A program made the position numbers and the translations under genes. Shown here in pieces: positions 1-13,600 of a stretch of DNA of 64,000 nt (position 1 is its first letter; each line of letters opens with the position of its first letter). Source of the DNA: Eledone cirrhosa (lineage: Eukaryota); assembly GCA_964016885.1 (NCBI GenBank), contig OZ024740.1, positions 56,916,001 to 56,980,000 of the forward strand, written 5' to 3'. The notes beneath the pieces are model-generated. The model was not told where the DNA came from. It worked only from the letters and a program-made list of their open reading frames with translations, and made no database searches.

Positions 1-204
1 TCCAATATTAATTTCAATAGAATCCTTAATCGGTAATTAATTTTCTCATTTTATCTTATGTAAATAGATACTCATTGACAAATATAAATTACTCATGTCA
101 CATTATCACAGTCTAATCAACTTCTATAAAGTGCAACGCAATTATGATATGTGAATTTAATCGAGCTGCTATCTATGGTGGCTTAGAACAACAATAAACT
201 TTGC

Positions 205-1067
205 TTGTGTTCAGACATGTGGTACATAAAAAATATTATAACGACGTCCCTCCTCCTTCTCCCCCTGCTGACGTCAAGTCTACCCAAACCATTTGGGATG
301 CCATCCAGTGCAGCCTGGCTTCAGACAGGCTCACGCGCCAGCTCAACCAGCACCACCTTACCTGTTTTCGTGCGGCCTCCAAACCCCACAGTGGTACCTG
401 AGTCCATGCCTTTCACTCCTTCTCCACTGGCACGCAGCTGGATAACAGTAGCCTGCGCATCGGCGTTTCCTTGAGGCTTGTCCTCCGTATCTGCGAGCCA
501 CACCTATGTCGCTGTGGATCCACCATGGACTCTTTTGGCCTCCACCCACTTTCCTGTCGCCACAATGCCGGCCACCTTCCATGCCATGCTTCCCTCAACG
601 AGGTCATAAAGCATGGTTTGGACCCTGCAGATTTCCCTTCCCATCTCGAGCCGGTGGGGCTGGGCCGAGGAGACGGCAAAAAGCCAGATAGCATGACCAT
701 CTTCCCGTTCCGCGGTGGCAAACCCCTCGTCTGATATGCCACTGACACCGACACTTTCTCCAGCCGCAACCTGGTGCAGTCTACGATTAACCCAGGTTCT
801 GCTGCACGTCGGGCTGAGATGGCCAAACTCTTCAAATACCAGTCGCTCTCCGACAGGTTTGCGGTTGTACCCTTGGCAGTGGAGACTTCTGGTGTCCTCG
901 GCCCTAGGGCTACCTCCCTACTCCCCACCATAGGTGCCAAGTTGGCCAGCCGCAGGTGTGAGCCTCGTGAGGTGGAATCGCTTTTCCAGTGCTTCTCCCT
1001 TGCCATCTTCCGGGGAAACGCCTTCTCTTTTCTGTCCGCCGGGGCTGTGGGGAGGCCACCGATATGA
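205..1067 (+). mobile_element. Decayed 3' part of a CRE-like non-LTR retrotransposon (zinc knuckle + restriction-like endonuclease)
   Basis: Translates as CRCGSTMDSFGLHPLSC..HASLNEVIK..EPVGL.RGDGKKPD..PFRGGKPLV*(W)..AARRAE..K..KY..FAVVPLAVETSGVLGP, the CCHC + PD-(D/E)xK signature of RLE LINEs; contains stops and frameshifts. Confidence 0.8.
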
Positions 1068-1121
1068 TTGACTGACTTGTCATTTTATCAGTCAGATACT
1101 TTCTTCCTGATATTAATTTCT

Positions 1122-1300
1122 TTGGCAGTATCGGTAGAGGGTCGGACGCCATGCTTTGATGCATAGAGTTACGGCCCTTGCTATTCTGAGTTCAAATCCC
1201 GCCGAGGTTAACTTTGCCTTTCATCCTTACGGGGTCGATAAAATAAAGTACCAGTAATGTACTGGGTAATTTCTGGCCTTGTGCCAATAGTAGAAACAAT
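1122..1300 (+). mobile_element. tRNA-derived SINE, family A (octopus-type)
   Basis: A-box-like ttggcagtatcggtag, B-box gagttcaaatccc, core gccgaggttaactttgcctttcatccttacggggtcgataaaataaagtaccagt, tail agaaacaatta; many copies in window. Confidence 0.85.
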
Positions 1301-1310
1301 TAATTTCTTT

Positions 1311-1495
1311 GGGTTGGATTGGCAGTATCGGTAGAGAGTCGGACGCCATGCTTTCCAGCATAGTTACATCCCTTTACGTTCTGAGTTCAATCCCGACGAG
1401 GTTAACTTTGCCTTTCATCCTTACGGGGTCGATAAAATAAAGTACCAGTAATGCACTGGGTAATTGCTGGCCTTGTGCCTAAAGTAGAAACAATT
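1311..1495 (+). mobile_element. SINE family A, tandem copy
   Basis: Same motifs as 1122-1300. Confidence 0.85.
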
Positions 1496-1737
1496 AATTT
1501 CTTTACGTTTAGCCACACTCGAGTATTCGTCTATTTTCATTCATACCCATGTATACAGGGATGTTTTCGTGATTAATTCTATTCTGTGCATAAATTGTTA
1601 GACATTAAATGATACAAAATTATTTAATTTATGTTATTAATTGAGATACATATGAAATACGATACGAATTTAAGTTGAGACGAAAACAGATGAAATGTAA
1701 AATTTTAGGGGAAAATATAGAAAACCCCGTGTAATAT

Positions 1738-1926
1738 AATTGTTCCTACTTTTGGCACAAGGCCAGCAATTATCCAGTGCATTACTGGTACTTTATTTTA
1801 TCGACCCCGTAAGGATGAAAGGCAAAGTTAACCTCGAAGGGATTTGATCTCAGAACGTAAAGGGCCATAACTCTATGCTGTAAAGCATGGTGTCTGACAC
1901 TGCCGATACTGCAAATTCACCGCCCT
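1738..1926 (-). mobile_element. SINE family A, inverted relative to the two preceding copies
   Basis: Reverse complement of the family A sequence. Confidence 0.85.
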
Positions 1927-2394
1927 TCGTGTAATATAATGGTTAACAAATTTATCTGGTTAACGAGAGGTGTCTCGTTTGAGTTCCTTTGTAGTTTGCC
2001 CGTTAATGTTATCTCCCGTGAATAGTTTATAAATATACATTGTTTACAGTTTAGTGTACAGATGTAAAGACGAAACCTGAACTCACTTCTTTTCTATGCA
2101 TTTTATCCATGTTATATTGATCATCCACTACACATTGCGTATATATGTGTATATTGCGTATATATGTCTGTGTTGATTTACATATACATATTTACAGTTA
2201 TCAGTATAGACATGTAACATGTATTAACTCACTCTTCAGCCTGGAGGTATCCACGCCTATAGGTATCACTTTCTAATGAATAGGTAAGCAAGCAGACTTG
2301 CCTTAAGATTGTAAAATATACTATTCGACAACGCCACATTTGATATGGAAGATAGCGGAACCTCATAGAATGGATATAAATAACAATAATAATA

Positions 2395-2626
2395 ATGCTT
2401 TCTTATATAGGCACGAGGCCAGCAATTTTGGTGGAGGGGAAAGTCGATTAAATCGACCGCAGTGCGTGACTGGTACTTTGTTTTATCGACCCTGTTTTAT
2501 CGACCTCGTAAGGATGAAAGGCAAAGTTAACCTTGGCGGGATTTGAACTGAGATCATAAAGAGCCGTAACTCTATGCGGCAAAGCATGGCGTTCGACCCC
2601 CTACCGATACTGCCAACCCACCGCCC
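2395..2626 (-). mobile_element. SINE family A, longer variant
   Basis: aaggatgaaaggcaaagttaaccttggcgggatttgaactgag...ctaccgatactgccaa. Confidence 0.8.
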
Positions 2627-2864
2627 TCAACAACAACAATAATGATAATATGGCTACTTCATACAATAAAAGTAATTAATATAATCTGAGAAATATCCTC
2701 TCGAAAACAAAATTGATTGACTAGTGAAATTGCATATAGTTTATTTTTTCCATTTCCGCTATTTCCATTGCAAGCAAATAGAAAGCTAAATACAATAATA
2801 CAACGGAGCATATTTCCCTCCCTAGGTCAAAACACAGTCAAGGAAGGATTAACCACAGCATTGG

Positions 2865-3000
2865 ATTAACACTTTATTTATTGAATGGGAAAGGATGAAA
2901 GTTAAAGATAACCTCGGCAGACTTTGAAGTCAAAGTGTACCGCAACGAATATGGATGCATTCTTAGTTCGATACCCTAACGACTCATCCAATTCCCCACA
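2865..3000 (-). mobile_element. Degenerate SINE family A
   Basis: aaggatgaaagttaaagataacctcggcagactttgaagtcaaa. Confidence 0.55.
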
Positions 3001-3190
3001 TTATAAAACTAGCTACAACACACATAAGAACTAATTTTGACATGAAGCCAGTGGTAAGCAATTTCTTCTGAATACAGCTGCGATATGCATTTCTCGGGAA
3101 ATAATTCATTTCTGATTCGTCAAAGATACGGGAAAAAAACTTCTAATTCAATTTTCCAATTTCACACGCCGTCTCGTAAACACATGTGCA

Positions 3191-3273
<83 letters not shown>

Positions 3274-3469
3274 TAATAAAATCAATGAATAAAAACAAAG
3301 AAGCAGTTCCTTGTATTAAAAAATTCATCATTTTACGATCATTTCTAAGATATATATGTGTGTGTTGGTATGTATATCATATAGATCTATGTAAATGTTT
3401 TACAAACTATCAAAGGAAATATACATACCTACACATATATATGCTGTCTTCAGAAATAATGATATTTGT

Positions 3470-6400
3470 TTATTGAAAAAAACCAACAAAGATTTAATAT
3501 AATACGTCTGTTTGGGAACAGGTTTTGAATTGACCAATAGAAAAGTAGTAAGTGGTAAAGTTGATAGAATAGTAGTAGTAGAAATTTAATTTAGGGGTAG
3601 AGGAAAGTAGACCAGTTTTGAATGGAAAGAATATTTTGAATGAAAAGATTACTTTGGGGATGAAAAGAGGTCAAGCCGGTGAAAGGTACACGAAAATTTG
3701 ATGTTATTAAAGAATAATGCTAATGTTAAAATCTAAGGAGAATAAAATTTTACTATAAATGTGTTAGTGAAAAATATCAATCTTATTTAAAACATAAGGA
3801 ATATAGATCTATAAAAAGAAATTAAATTAATTTAATTGATAGGTATATTTATAGGGATAAATTTATATTAATTTATAAAGATATGATAAATAAGAGTTAG
3901 ATGTTATTAAAGAATGTTGTTAAAAACGAAGGAAAAATATGGGGGGGGGGGATACATGTATTAGTGAGAAGTAACAAACTTATATAGATTGTAAGGAATT
4001 TAGATTCATAACAGGAAATTAAAATAGTTTACATGTATACTTATTGGTATAAATTTTAGGAAAAGATAGCTGTAAAAGGGAAATAAAATTATGCAGTTCT
4101 TAGTAGTAGAATATTAACTATAGGTTAACTAATTTTAAAAAGATTTTATTATAATAATTTGTAAAATATAAGTGTATATTAATTAGGTTTATAATATTTG
4201 AAAGTTTTTCTAATTCTATGATTACATGATATAATTAATTCTTGTCGCTTATTTAATAGGATATCCTTAGATTTAATTATTTCAAAAAGTTCCTGGGAAC
4301 ATAATCTACATTCATATCTATTATTTTGATAAGGGGGGGGGGGTTGAGCACACTCCAGGTCAAGTTATAATCGATATTCTTTTTTCTATAATTATTAATT
4401 ATTTCAGCTAAGGATGTTGTATTAGTTAATGCGGCAATTTTAAAACTGTGTTTGTGGGTATTAAATCTTACTTTAAATTGGTTAGAAGTAGCTCCTATAT
4501 ATGAATAAGTTGAGTCCTTAGTGCTAATTTTACATTTATATACTATGTTATTAATAAGGCAATTTCCTTTTAATGGGCAATTTGCTTTGTTTCTACAGTT
4601 AGAACCTTTCGTGAATGTTATATCAGGGGAGTTAGTCAAATTAGGTGAGGAATTTTCTCGACTTGTATGTGAATGAGATGGTGGTTTGCTGTGGTTTATT
4701 TTAGTATTATGGTTAGTTTGATGTGTTGGTGGTATATTCATGGGTTTTTTACATTTATATGCATTGTAGGCACTTATATTTTGTTGTATATTTTTTATTG
4801 TTGAGTAGGAGAATTTGACCGTTGATCTATTTAAAATTTGATTGTATTTATGGTTTGGCGCGAAGTTTTTCTCTAGGATAGTAAAATATTTTTTAGATAT
4901 ATTATCTTTAATTTGTAAATTAAATGGAGCATTATACCAAGTAACTCGTCTATTACGGTTTCGATGTTGTTTTTTTATTATTATATGATGTATCCTGATG
5001 TTTACTAAGAGAATTAGTATTAGTGATTTTATTACACATATTTTTAGTTAGATTCACTGATTTAGGTGTTTTAGCCTGATTATTAGGAATTTTGTTAGTA
5101 ATGTTATTAACATATATTGGAATATTAGGATGAATGGTTTTTTTTGGCAGTATCAGTAGAGACTCGGACGCCATGCTTTCCAGCATAGTTACGTCCCTTT
5201 ACGATCTGAGTTCAAATCCCGCCGAGGTTGACTTTGCCTTTCATCCTTAAGGGGTCGATAAAATAAAGTACCAGTAATGCACTGGGTATGTGCTGGCCTT
5301 GTACCTAAAGTAGAAACAATTATATTGTATATTAGAATAAGTAGAGAAATTAAGTTTTAAGTTGGTATTTTGGCGTATAGTGTGAGTGGTATTTAGGTGT
5401 GTATATTTCATTTGGTGTTTGTTGGTAATATTGGGTTGTATGTTTGTAGTATTTTTGGTACAAGGTATATATACTAATTTGTTTTTGTGGCCGCTTCTAG
5501 CTAAATCTTCGTTATAAAAGGTCGCATTTTTATCGAATACACCTTGGTTAGAAATTCTGAGTGAGATATTATATGCTAGGTTTTTAAGGATAGATTTAGG
5601 GTGATTAGGTTGTGAGTGTATGTAATGTAAGTTTTGGTTAGGTTTATGGTAAGGTTGGTAGATACCCGTACATAAGTCTAAAGTGATATCAAGGAAATTA
5701 ACTACTTTACTTGTGTTTTCGAATGTAATAGTGAGACTATAATAGTCTTGGAGGAAAGTTCTAATAAGTTTCTTATTTTTTACAATTTCTCATAGGCTAA
5801 GGTTAGTGGAAAGAAGAAGACAGTCATCACGATATAAACCACCTTTAAGGTGGGGAAAAGAAGCATTTATGTTAAATAGAAGAAAGAGGCCCACAAGATC
5901 GGTAATTTGGGCAGAATCGCTAGAGCCCATAGTAATGTCGAATAGATTATTATATGTATTTCTGGTCCAGTATTCCTTCTGAAATTCCAGTAGTGTTTGT
6001 CTAGCGTGCGTGATAATATTAATGTCATCCATAGTTAAGTTTGATCTATTTTTGGCAAATATCAAGGCTTTGTTCAGGAGTATGGGTGATATAGATGGAT
6101 AATAAGCATCTATATCGAATTGTAGAAATGAAGCAGATGATTTATTTCTAATATTAGTAAACCAGTTAATTACCTGAGATGTGTTTTCCCATAGTGGTAA
6201 ACTAACATGTTTTCTTAATTGTGGGATGACTATCTAAAATCGTTTTACTAATGATGCCAATGTCAGATTTGGAAGGGCATATAAGTCTTATAGAAGGATT
6301 AGAGTTAAAATTAGATTTGTGATCTTTCAGGTTAAAATGTGGTTTTTTCAGTGCCAAAGGTTCAGTTCTATCTTCAATATTGAGTTTATTTACTATGTTG

Positions 6401-6870
6401 TGTGTTTTGTTGTTGATATTGGTAAGTGCCACATTATTTGGTTTTTTTATAATTTTTCCTGAGTTCTTTATAAATAAACTCATTGTAATTATCAATATCC
6501 ATGTGGTACAGATTTCCAGTTTTGTCAGAGTGGACATGGATTCTGTTAGATTTGTTTAGATCCAATAGGGTAGAATCAAGATCCTTTTGAAAATTAGATT
6601 TATATTTCTTAAATTTGAGGTGTTTGATTAAGTTAAAAAGGTCTTTCTCGAAGTTTTCAAGCAAGGAGTTGTGTGGTGGGTTCTTATATGTAGTGAAATC
6701 ATATAAATATTACTTATCAGTACATTTTGTTTTTTTTATCAAAGTGGTAGGCCCTCCATCTGACCCTTTTGATGAATTGGTTGGTTTTTTGTATCATAAG
6801 AAGTAAGAATTCATCCTTAGAAGGTATTGGTATATTCTTTAAAGAAGTTCCCAAGTATTGTTTTTCCATT
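3470..6870 (-). mobile_element. Decayed Penelope-like element, Naiad type (RT + C-terminal GIY-YIG)
   Basis: Frameshifted ORF pieces LKDHKSNFNSNPSIRLICPSKSDIG, FDITMGSSDSAQITDLVGL..GGLYRDD, CRNKANCPLKGNCL..IVYKC..YIGATS..FKVRFNTH; homologous to the 819-aa ORF at 60453-62912; coding part ends near 4180. Confidence 0.9.
5143..5322 (+). mobile_element. SINE family A nested in the PLE
   Basis: Very similar to the 1311-1495 copy; interrupts PLE coding sequence. Confidence 0.85.
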
Positions 6871-7105
6871 GTGATAAGGATAATGGACAAGAAAAAGAGC
6901 TCAACTATATATATAGGGAGTTATAAAATTATATATATATATAAAAATATGAATACCTTTATAAAATTAGGAGCAAAGTATGTAGATAAATCTACCAAAA
7001 TATACGGTAGTGTCCAATCCGTATGAAGAACTCAATGTAATCCAAATATCATGAAAAGAGAAGATGTATTCAAAATTTTTTCGATGAAAAATATATTATA
7101 TAAAA

Positions 7106-7200
<95 letters not shown>

Positions 7201-7236
7201 GCATGTACATGTGTTATATATATATATGTGTGTGTA

Positions 7237-7267
<31 letters not shown>

Positions 7268-7700
7268 CTCGTATATATGTAAAAGTTCTATTTAAATTGT
7301 TGGGATACAACAAGCAAATATTTTTATTTTTATAACTGACATAAAGCACTCAACAAATATTTAGAGTAAAAATACGATATTAACAAATGGAAACTATATT
7401 TATAAAACCAGATTTATTTCATTATACATATTTCAAGGACACCAAGTTAAATTATGGTGTGCTTTCATCAGATAAAATATAATATAGATCAGTTTTATAA
7501 ATAAATATTGACATACCCTTAAAAAATGCAACCATTACTGCTGGAAGCTCCCGGATAGTGGAGTTGAAGCTTTAATTATATTATTATTAGTATTGGATAT
7601 TTTTATTTTTAAAATAAGCCACTGGGTTACGGAGAAAGAGAAAGATAAAGAAGGAGAGAAAGATAAAAAAGGAGAGAGAGAAAAAAGAGAGAGAGAGAGA

Positions 7701-7782
<82 letters not shown>

Positions 7783-8775
7783 CTATGTGTATGTGTGTGT
7801 GTAGAGAGAGAGAGAGCGAAATCAAAGTGATGGAAGATTAAGGATTTCTGTACAACTCGTGTTATATAGGGGAAAATGATAAAGATTTGAAAAAAGCACT
7901 TTATGTGTTTGTATTTTATATATGTCACGTGTATAGTACACCACGAAAAAAATATTTGCTAGTTTTCCATTTGTAATGTTATTGTCGCTTATATTCCTAT
8001 TAAAACAAAGGACGCAAATAGTTGTATGTTTGTCCCTTATATGTTATATGGTGTGCCTCAGTGTAATTGAAGTTATTTAAAGAATTATATATTAACGCAT
8101 AAATTTGAATGACACCATTCAAATTCAGTAGAAACAAAACAAATCTATAACTATATTATTTGGTGTTAGTGTGGCATAGATACCAGTGTTTGGTGTTCTC
8201 AATGACGCCATTACAATAATTAGCATAATGATCATAGAACATCCGTTTAAACGATATGACTGGGAAAGCAGAGATGATATTATGCAAATGCATTAACAAT
8301 TCAGGAAAAATATTGAATGGATCTCAATATTTTAAGTTACAAATCATAATATAATAGTTAAGAGAAAAAAATCAACGAATTTGCTTAAAAAAGACACTGT
8401 TGCATTCATAGATTCGTGTATAGTCGATAATAGGTTAAAGGAGGTTATTCTTTGTACGATAGGATAAAAAATTGTAACATAGTTAAGTTATTGGGTTTTG
8501 TTTAAAAGACAATTTCGTGGTTGCAATACGATGCATTTCTGGATGTGAGGATAGGGAAAGTTTCCTAATACACAGGTCCAAAAATTATGATACAGTGTCG
8601 TTATTGTTATTGCTTAGCTTCTGGTCAGCATTAATCGAGTAGACTTAATGATCAAAAGCATCTTGTGAACATCTTATCTTTTCTTCAACATGTCCTTTCA
8701 TTTTTGATAGACAGGCAGCTATTTCTGGTGGGTCAGGGGGTTACATAGCAACTCAAATGACAATTTCGAAGAAAT

Positions 8776-9190
8776 AATTTTTCTACTTTTGGCACAAGGC
8801 CAGCAGTTACCCAGTACATTACTGGTACTTTATTTTATCGACCCCGTAAGGATGAAAGGCAAAGTAAACCTCGGCGGGATTTGAACTCAGATCGTAAAGG
8901 GTGGAAACTACGCTGGAAAGCATGTCTGACCCTCTATCAATACTGCCAATTCACCGATTTGTTTATATACTTTTACACAATAATATAGATTTCTACAGAG
9001 CCAGCAATTGGGGGTGGGGGACGTCGATTAAATCAACCCCAGTGCATTACTGGTGCTTTATTTCATCCACCCCATAAGAATGAAAGGCAAAGCTAATCTT
9101 GGCGGGATTTGAACTCAGAACGTAAAAGGACGTAACTCTATATTGCAAAGCATATTGTCCGATGCTCTACCTATACTGCCAATCCGCTGC
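8776..9190 (-). mobile_element. Two tandem SINE family A copies (about 8776-8956 and 8985-9190)
   Basis: Two repeats of the core and gggatttgaactcag (B box on minus strand). Confidence 0.8.
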
Positions 9191-9191
9191 C

Positions 9192-9398
9192 AGGCGCACT
9201 AGGTACTATCTCAAAAGGTTTCCAGGGATGGTTAAAGAAAATTGGCCCCGCCCCGCTTTTTGGAACACTTCAAAAGGCATGCTTGCTGGGAACAGCCAGA
9301 ACTCTCCGATACGTCCTGAATATCTGAGGCTGCAGGTAGTGGCTTGATATTCATTTCAACAAACTTTCCAGTTAACTAACATCAATGACTGAGACTCA

Positions 9399-9399
<1 letters not shown>
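9192..9399 (+). mobile_element. 3'-terminal fragment of the R4/Dong family seen at 16050-19670
   Basis: Closely matches about 19482-19670 (GALGTISKGFQGWLKKIG..LQKACLLGTARTLRYVLNI* plus 3' UTR ending gactgagactcaa); followed by (TAA)n. Confidence 0.9.
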
Positions 9400-9469
<70 letters not shown>

Positions 9470-9571
9470 GTAGAGTGCTTCGAGGAGTTCGGAGAACAAG
9501 TCTGGCATATTTACGTAAAGCTCGTAGGGCAGGCCATCCAAACCGGATGACTTGCGCCTCATGCAGCCGAC

Positions 9572-9632
<61 letters not shown>
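9399..9632. repeat. Two (TAA)n microsatellites (9399-9468, 9573-9632) enclosing a ~100-bp insert
   Basis: Direct reading. Confidence 0.95.
9469..9571 (-). mobile_element. Small internal fragment of an L1/Tx1-like LINE RT (domain 0)
   Basis: VGCMRRKSSGLDGLPYELYVNMPDLFSELLEALY resembles the KSPGxDGxPxEFY motif. Confidence 0.6.
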
Positions 9633-9635
9633 GGA

Positions 9636-10369
9636 ATAAGGGAAGAAGATGCACGTGGTGGTAGAAGGTCGTGAAATCGCTCCCGTAAGTTTTTGATTTT
9701 TAACATATTTAAATCAATTGTGAAATAACAATTCTTAGTACAGATGATGCATAAACCACCGAAGCAAGTCTCATAAAATTTCGGATCCATATTATATTGT
9801 TATATCGCTCAAATATTCAATTTTGTATTATATATTTTGTATTCAAAAAAGAAAATGGTTATAAATGGAAGAAAACACCCTCTGTGTACACTATATAGAA
9901 CAGCCAAATAACAGCAATTTCACCAACACCAGAAACTTGATACACCACCTACCCCATCACACTAAATATAATATAACAGCCAGATAACGGCAATTTCACC
10001 ACCACCACCACCAATCCCAGCATCATAATAATAATTACTATTATTATTGTCTCAAGTTTTAACAAAATGTTTAATTCCAATTTTACGGGAATATGTCAAC
10101 ACAATATATATTAAACATACGCGACACAAGCGCATAGATACTACAGATCAAACAAAACTAGTCTATTTAACACATATATTAAACATACGCAACACAAACT
10201 CATAGATACTACATATCACAAAACTCAGTAACGACAACACCACCGCCGCCACCAATCCATCCATCATTGCTACCACTATCCCATCACCGCCGCCACCACT
10301 CCTTCATTGCTACCACCACTATTCCCCTGTTAACTTAAGAAAGGGGAAGGTGGCGGTATCACTAGACAA
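9636..10369 (+). repeat. Dispersed ~730-bp non-coding repeat, copy 1 (possibly a non-autonomous Helitron-like element)
   Basis: Aligns with 14661-15357; subterminal hairpin ttcccct..aggggaa followed by cactag. Confidence 0.6.
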
Positions 10370-10689
10370 GGGAGAGGCTAGCAAATGATATAAATAGATT
10401 GACTTAGTGACTTGGCCACCGGCCAAACGTCATCAACTATGGCACTGCTGGCTCCCCCCTTCCTCACCAACAATATAAAAAGCCCCAGCACTACCACCGA
10501 CATAGCCAACAACAATAACAGGCAACTTCAGCAAAAAGTATATTATATTATTGTAATGCACTGGGTGATTGCTGGCCTTGTGCCTGAAGTGGAGACAATT
10601 ATTAATAATTTCATTCTTAAGCCACGCAATGCTCACATTAAGGAACCACTCATGATAATAACAATTTTAAAAAAAAACAACAAAAAGAA

Positions 10690-13600
10690 AACCCCGTGAC
10701 CAAGAAATACCGGGATGGCGGCCGACGGGGAATAACCGTGTCTCTAGGGGAGAACGACCTCTCTAGTCTTGGTTGACACTCGTTCTAGAAGTGGTAACAC
10801 GAAATGATTACCCCTTGGCGGATAAGGATAAAACGCGACAAAATAAAGTAAATGTCTAATGATAAAATCTCATACCGGATCGGCCGTCACCCGGGTAAAA
10901 AAGAGCCGCGTCCCTCAGAGAGAAACCAGACTGGGGTCGAAAAATCAGCTAATGGTTAAAACCTTCCCATCACTTCGGAGCTGGAGACCTCCCATAACCG
11001 GAATACTCCAACTGTTGGCCCTCCATGCTCACCACCAATAAATCCAAAGAAAATGAGAGAAAAATGGTCAAGGGAAGATAATAAAGAAGTCATTGAGGCT
11101 TTCTACACTGCCATGTACTACCCATCAAATACATCGAATACAGAACAGACATATATCAACTGGAAAAAGAAACATCCCGAAAACAGAGGCTATATTGACA
11201 GTAACAAACTAGCCAATATACGAAGAAATATTGTAAGAAAAAAGTTACTAACTGATATAGAAATTGATCAGATCAAGCTATTAGCACAAAGTCAGCGAAG
11301 GGAAAATGAAACATGTGTCAGTGAAAACGAGGTAAATTGTAACACTTCGAATCCCAGGGTTGGGGCGGAATCACTGGCAACAGAACAAATTAAAGAAAAG
11401 ATCGAAAAAGTGGAGGGAGTGCATGCTCAGGATGAAACTCAAAATGAAAACAATGAGATCGTAAATGATAAAGAAATGAATGAGTATGAACTTGCCAACT
11501 TGAAGGATGAAATTATGATCGAATGGATGAAAATGAAAGAATCTGACATGGGGCAACGAGACACCCTCCCTAAGATCCAGAACTCCAAACAGAACCAAAA
11601 GATAATACACAAGACTAACATAATTCTCAAAAACATTATCATCACAAACAAACTAAACATTACTGATTTAAATCATCTCTATTATGCATCGGCTAAAGTC
11701 ACCACTCACTTATGCGGAGTGAAGATGAAAAAACAAAGGAATTCCCACAAGAAATCTACTTGGCAAGAGAACATCAATCGCCAAATAAACCTTCTCTGAT
11801 CTGACATAGAAATTTTAACAAACTATAAAGTACGTGAACATGTTAAACAAACTAAACTTAGAAAATTGAAAAGAAAGTACAGTATAAAATCAACAAGTGA
11901 CATAGACATGCTGATAGAAATAATCAAGCAAAAAGTGTCGGCCAAAGCTGCTCGTATAAGGCGCTTTGAAAAACGATCTAGATTCTATAAGGACAATAAT
12001 ATGTTCAAAAACAACCAAAGAAACTTCTACAGAAAAATTGGTAAGTCAAGAATAACTGCTAAATCAATACCACCCAAGGAGGAAGTGCAAGAATTCTGGG
12101 AAAAGATCTGGGCCGAAGAAAAAGTTCATAACATACATGCCCCATGGATAGACAGACAAAGGAAAGATACAGCTCACCTTGAGGAACAAATATGGGAAAA
12201 TATAACAGTTGAACAGTTGCGCTTGGCTCTAAGAAAAACCAGCAAATGGAAATCCCCAGGAAAAGACAAAATACCAAATTTTTGGATAAATGCCTTCACA
12301 GAGTCTCATGAGCTGTTAGCCCAACTTTACAATGAAATAGTTAAGGAGCCAGAAAAGATACCACCATGCCTAGTTAACGGCATTACATTCCTGCTTCCGA
12401 AGAATGATGAGACAAACAATCCCAAAAATTACAGACCGATAACTTGCTTGACCACAATGTATAAAATTTTAACATCAGTCCTAACTGAATACACATATGA
12501 CCACCTGATAACAAATGACCTATTTCCCATTGAGCAGAAAGGGTGTAAACGAGGCTCATATGGCTGTAAGGATCAGCTTTTGGTTAACAAAATGATACTG
12601 GAAGATTGTCATAATAGACACAAAAATCTATCGATTGCTTGGATAGATTATAAAAAAGCATTCGATAGTTTGCCACACAGTTGGATTGAAAAATGTTTAG
12701 AGATTTTCAAAATATCCCCCGTTGTCAGGAGGTTTTTGTCATTCAGTATGAAGACATGGAAAACGACACTCCTTTTGAATAGTGAAACAAAATCACTGGA
12801 AGCTGGAGAAGTTAATATTAATTGTGGAATTTTTCAGGGTGACTCTTTATCACCGCTTTTATTCTGCATCGCACTTATACCATTAGGTAAAATGCTCAAT
12901 GAAACAAAACATGGATATAAAGTCTATGACAAAACCATTAATCACTTGTTCTACATGGATGACCTGAAACTATTTGCAAAAAATGATGAACAATTGCAAG
13001 GGCTATTATCCACTGTGGAGCAGTTCAGTGATGACATTAAAATGGAGTTTGGACTAGATAAATGCGCCAAAGCAACGTTCACCAGAGGAAGGCTGCTGAA
13101 GAGTTCAGACATTAATCTTGATCGGGGGAACGTGATAAGAGAACTTGATCAAGGAAAAACTTACAAATATCTAGGTGTTTGTGAAGGAGACGGAATCAAG
13201 CACTCGACAATGAGGGAAAGGATAAGGAAGGAATGTTACCGCAGAGTAAGAGCAATCTTAAGAACGGAATTAAATGCAAGGAATAGGATCGATGCCATAA
13301 ACACGCTTGCCATACCAGTAGTAACCTACAGTTACAATGTCATCAACTGGTCAAGCACAGAGATCCGTAGGCTCGATACAAAAATTCGAAAATTCTTAAC
13401 CATGCACAGAATGCATCACCCTAAGGCAGATATAGATAGAATATATATCCCTAGGAAAGAAGGAGGACGTGGGTTAATCCAGTTAGACATTGCGTTGAAA
13501 ACTGCAACAATTGGATTATCTACATATCTAAGGGAATCACATGATTGGATGATCAAACTCGTTTTGAAACACGAAAGCATCAAAAGATCATATTCCATTA

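Noticed and set aside
1122-1300. tRNA gene (A and B boxes)
   Set aside because: No cloverleaf; it is the head of a multi-copy SINE
10690-10860. HDV-like ribozyme in the 5' UTR of Dong element 1 (and 16060-16190 of element 2)
   Set aside because: GC-richer and plausibly structured, but I could not assemble the nested double pseudoknot by eye; needs a descriptor search
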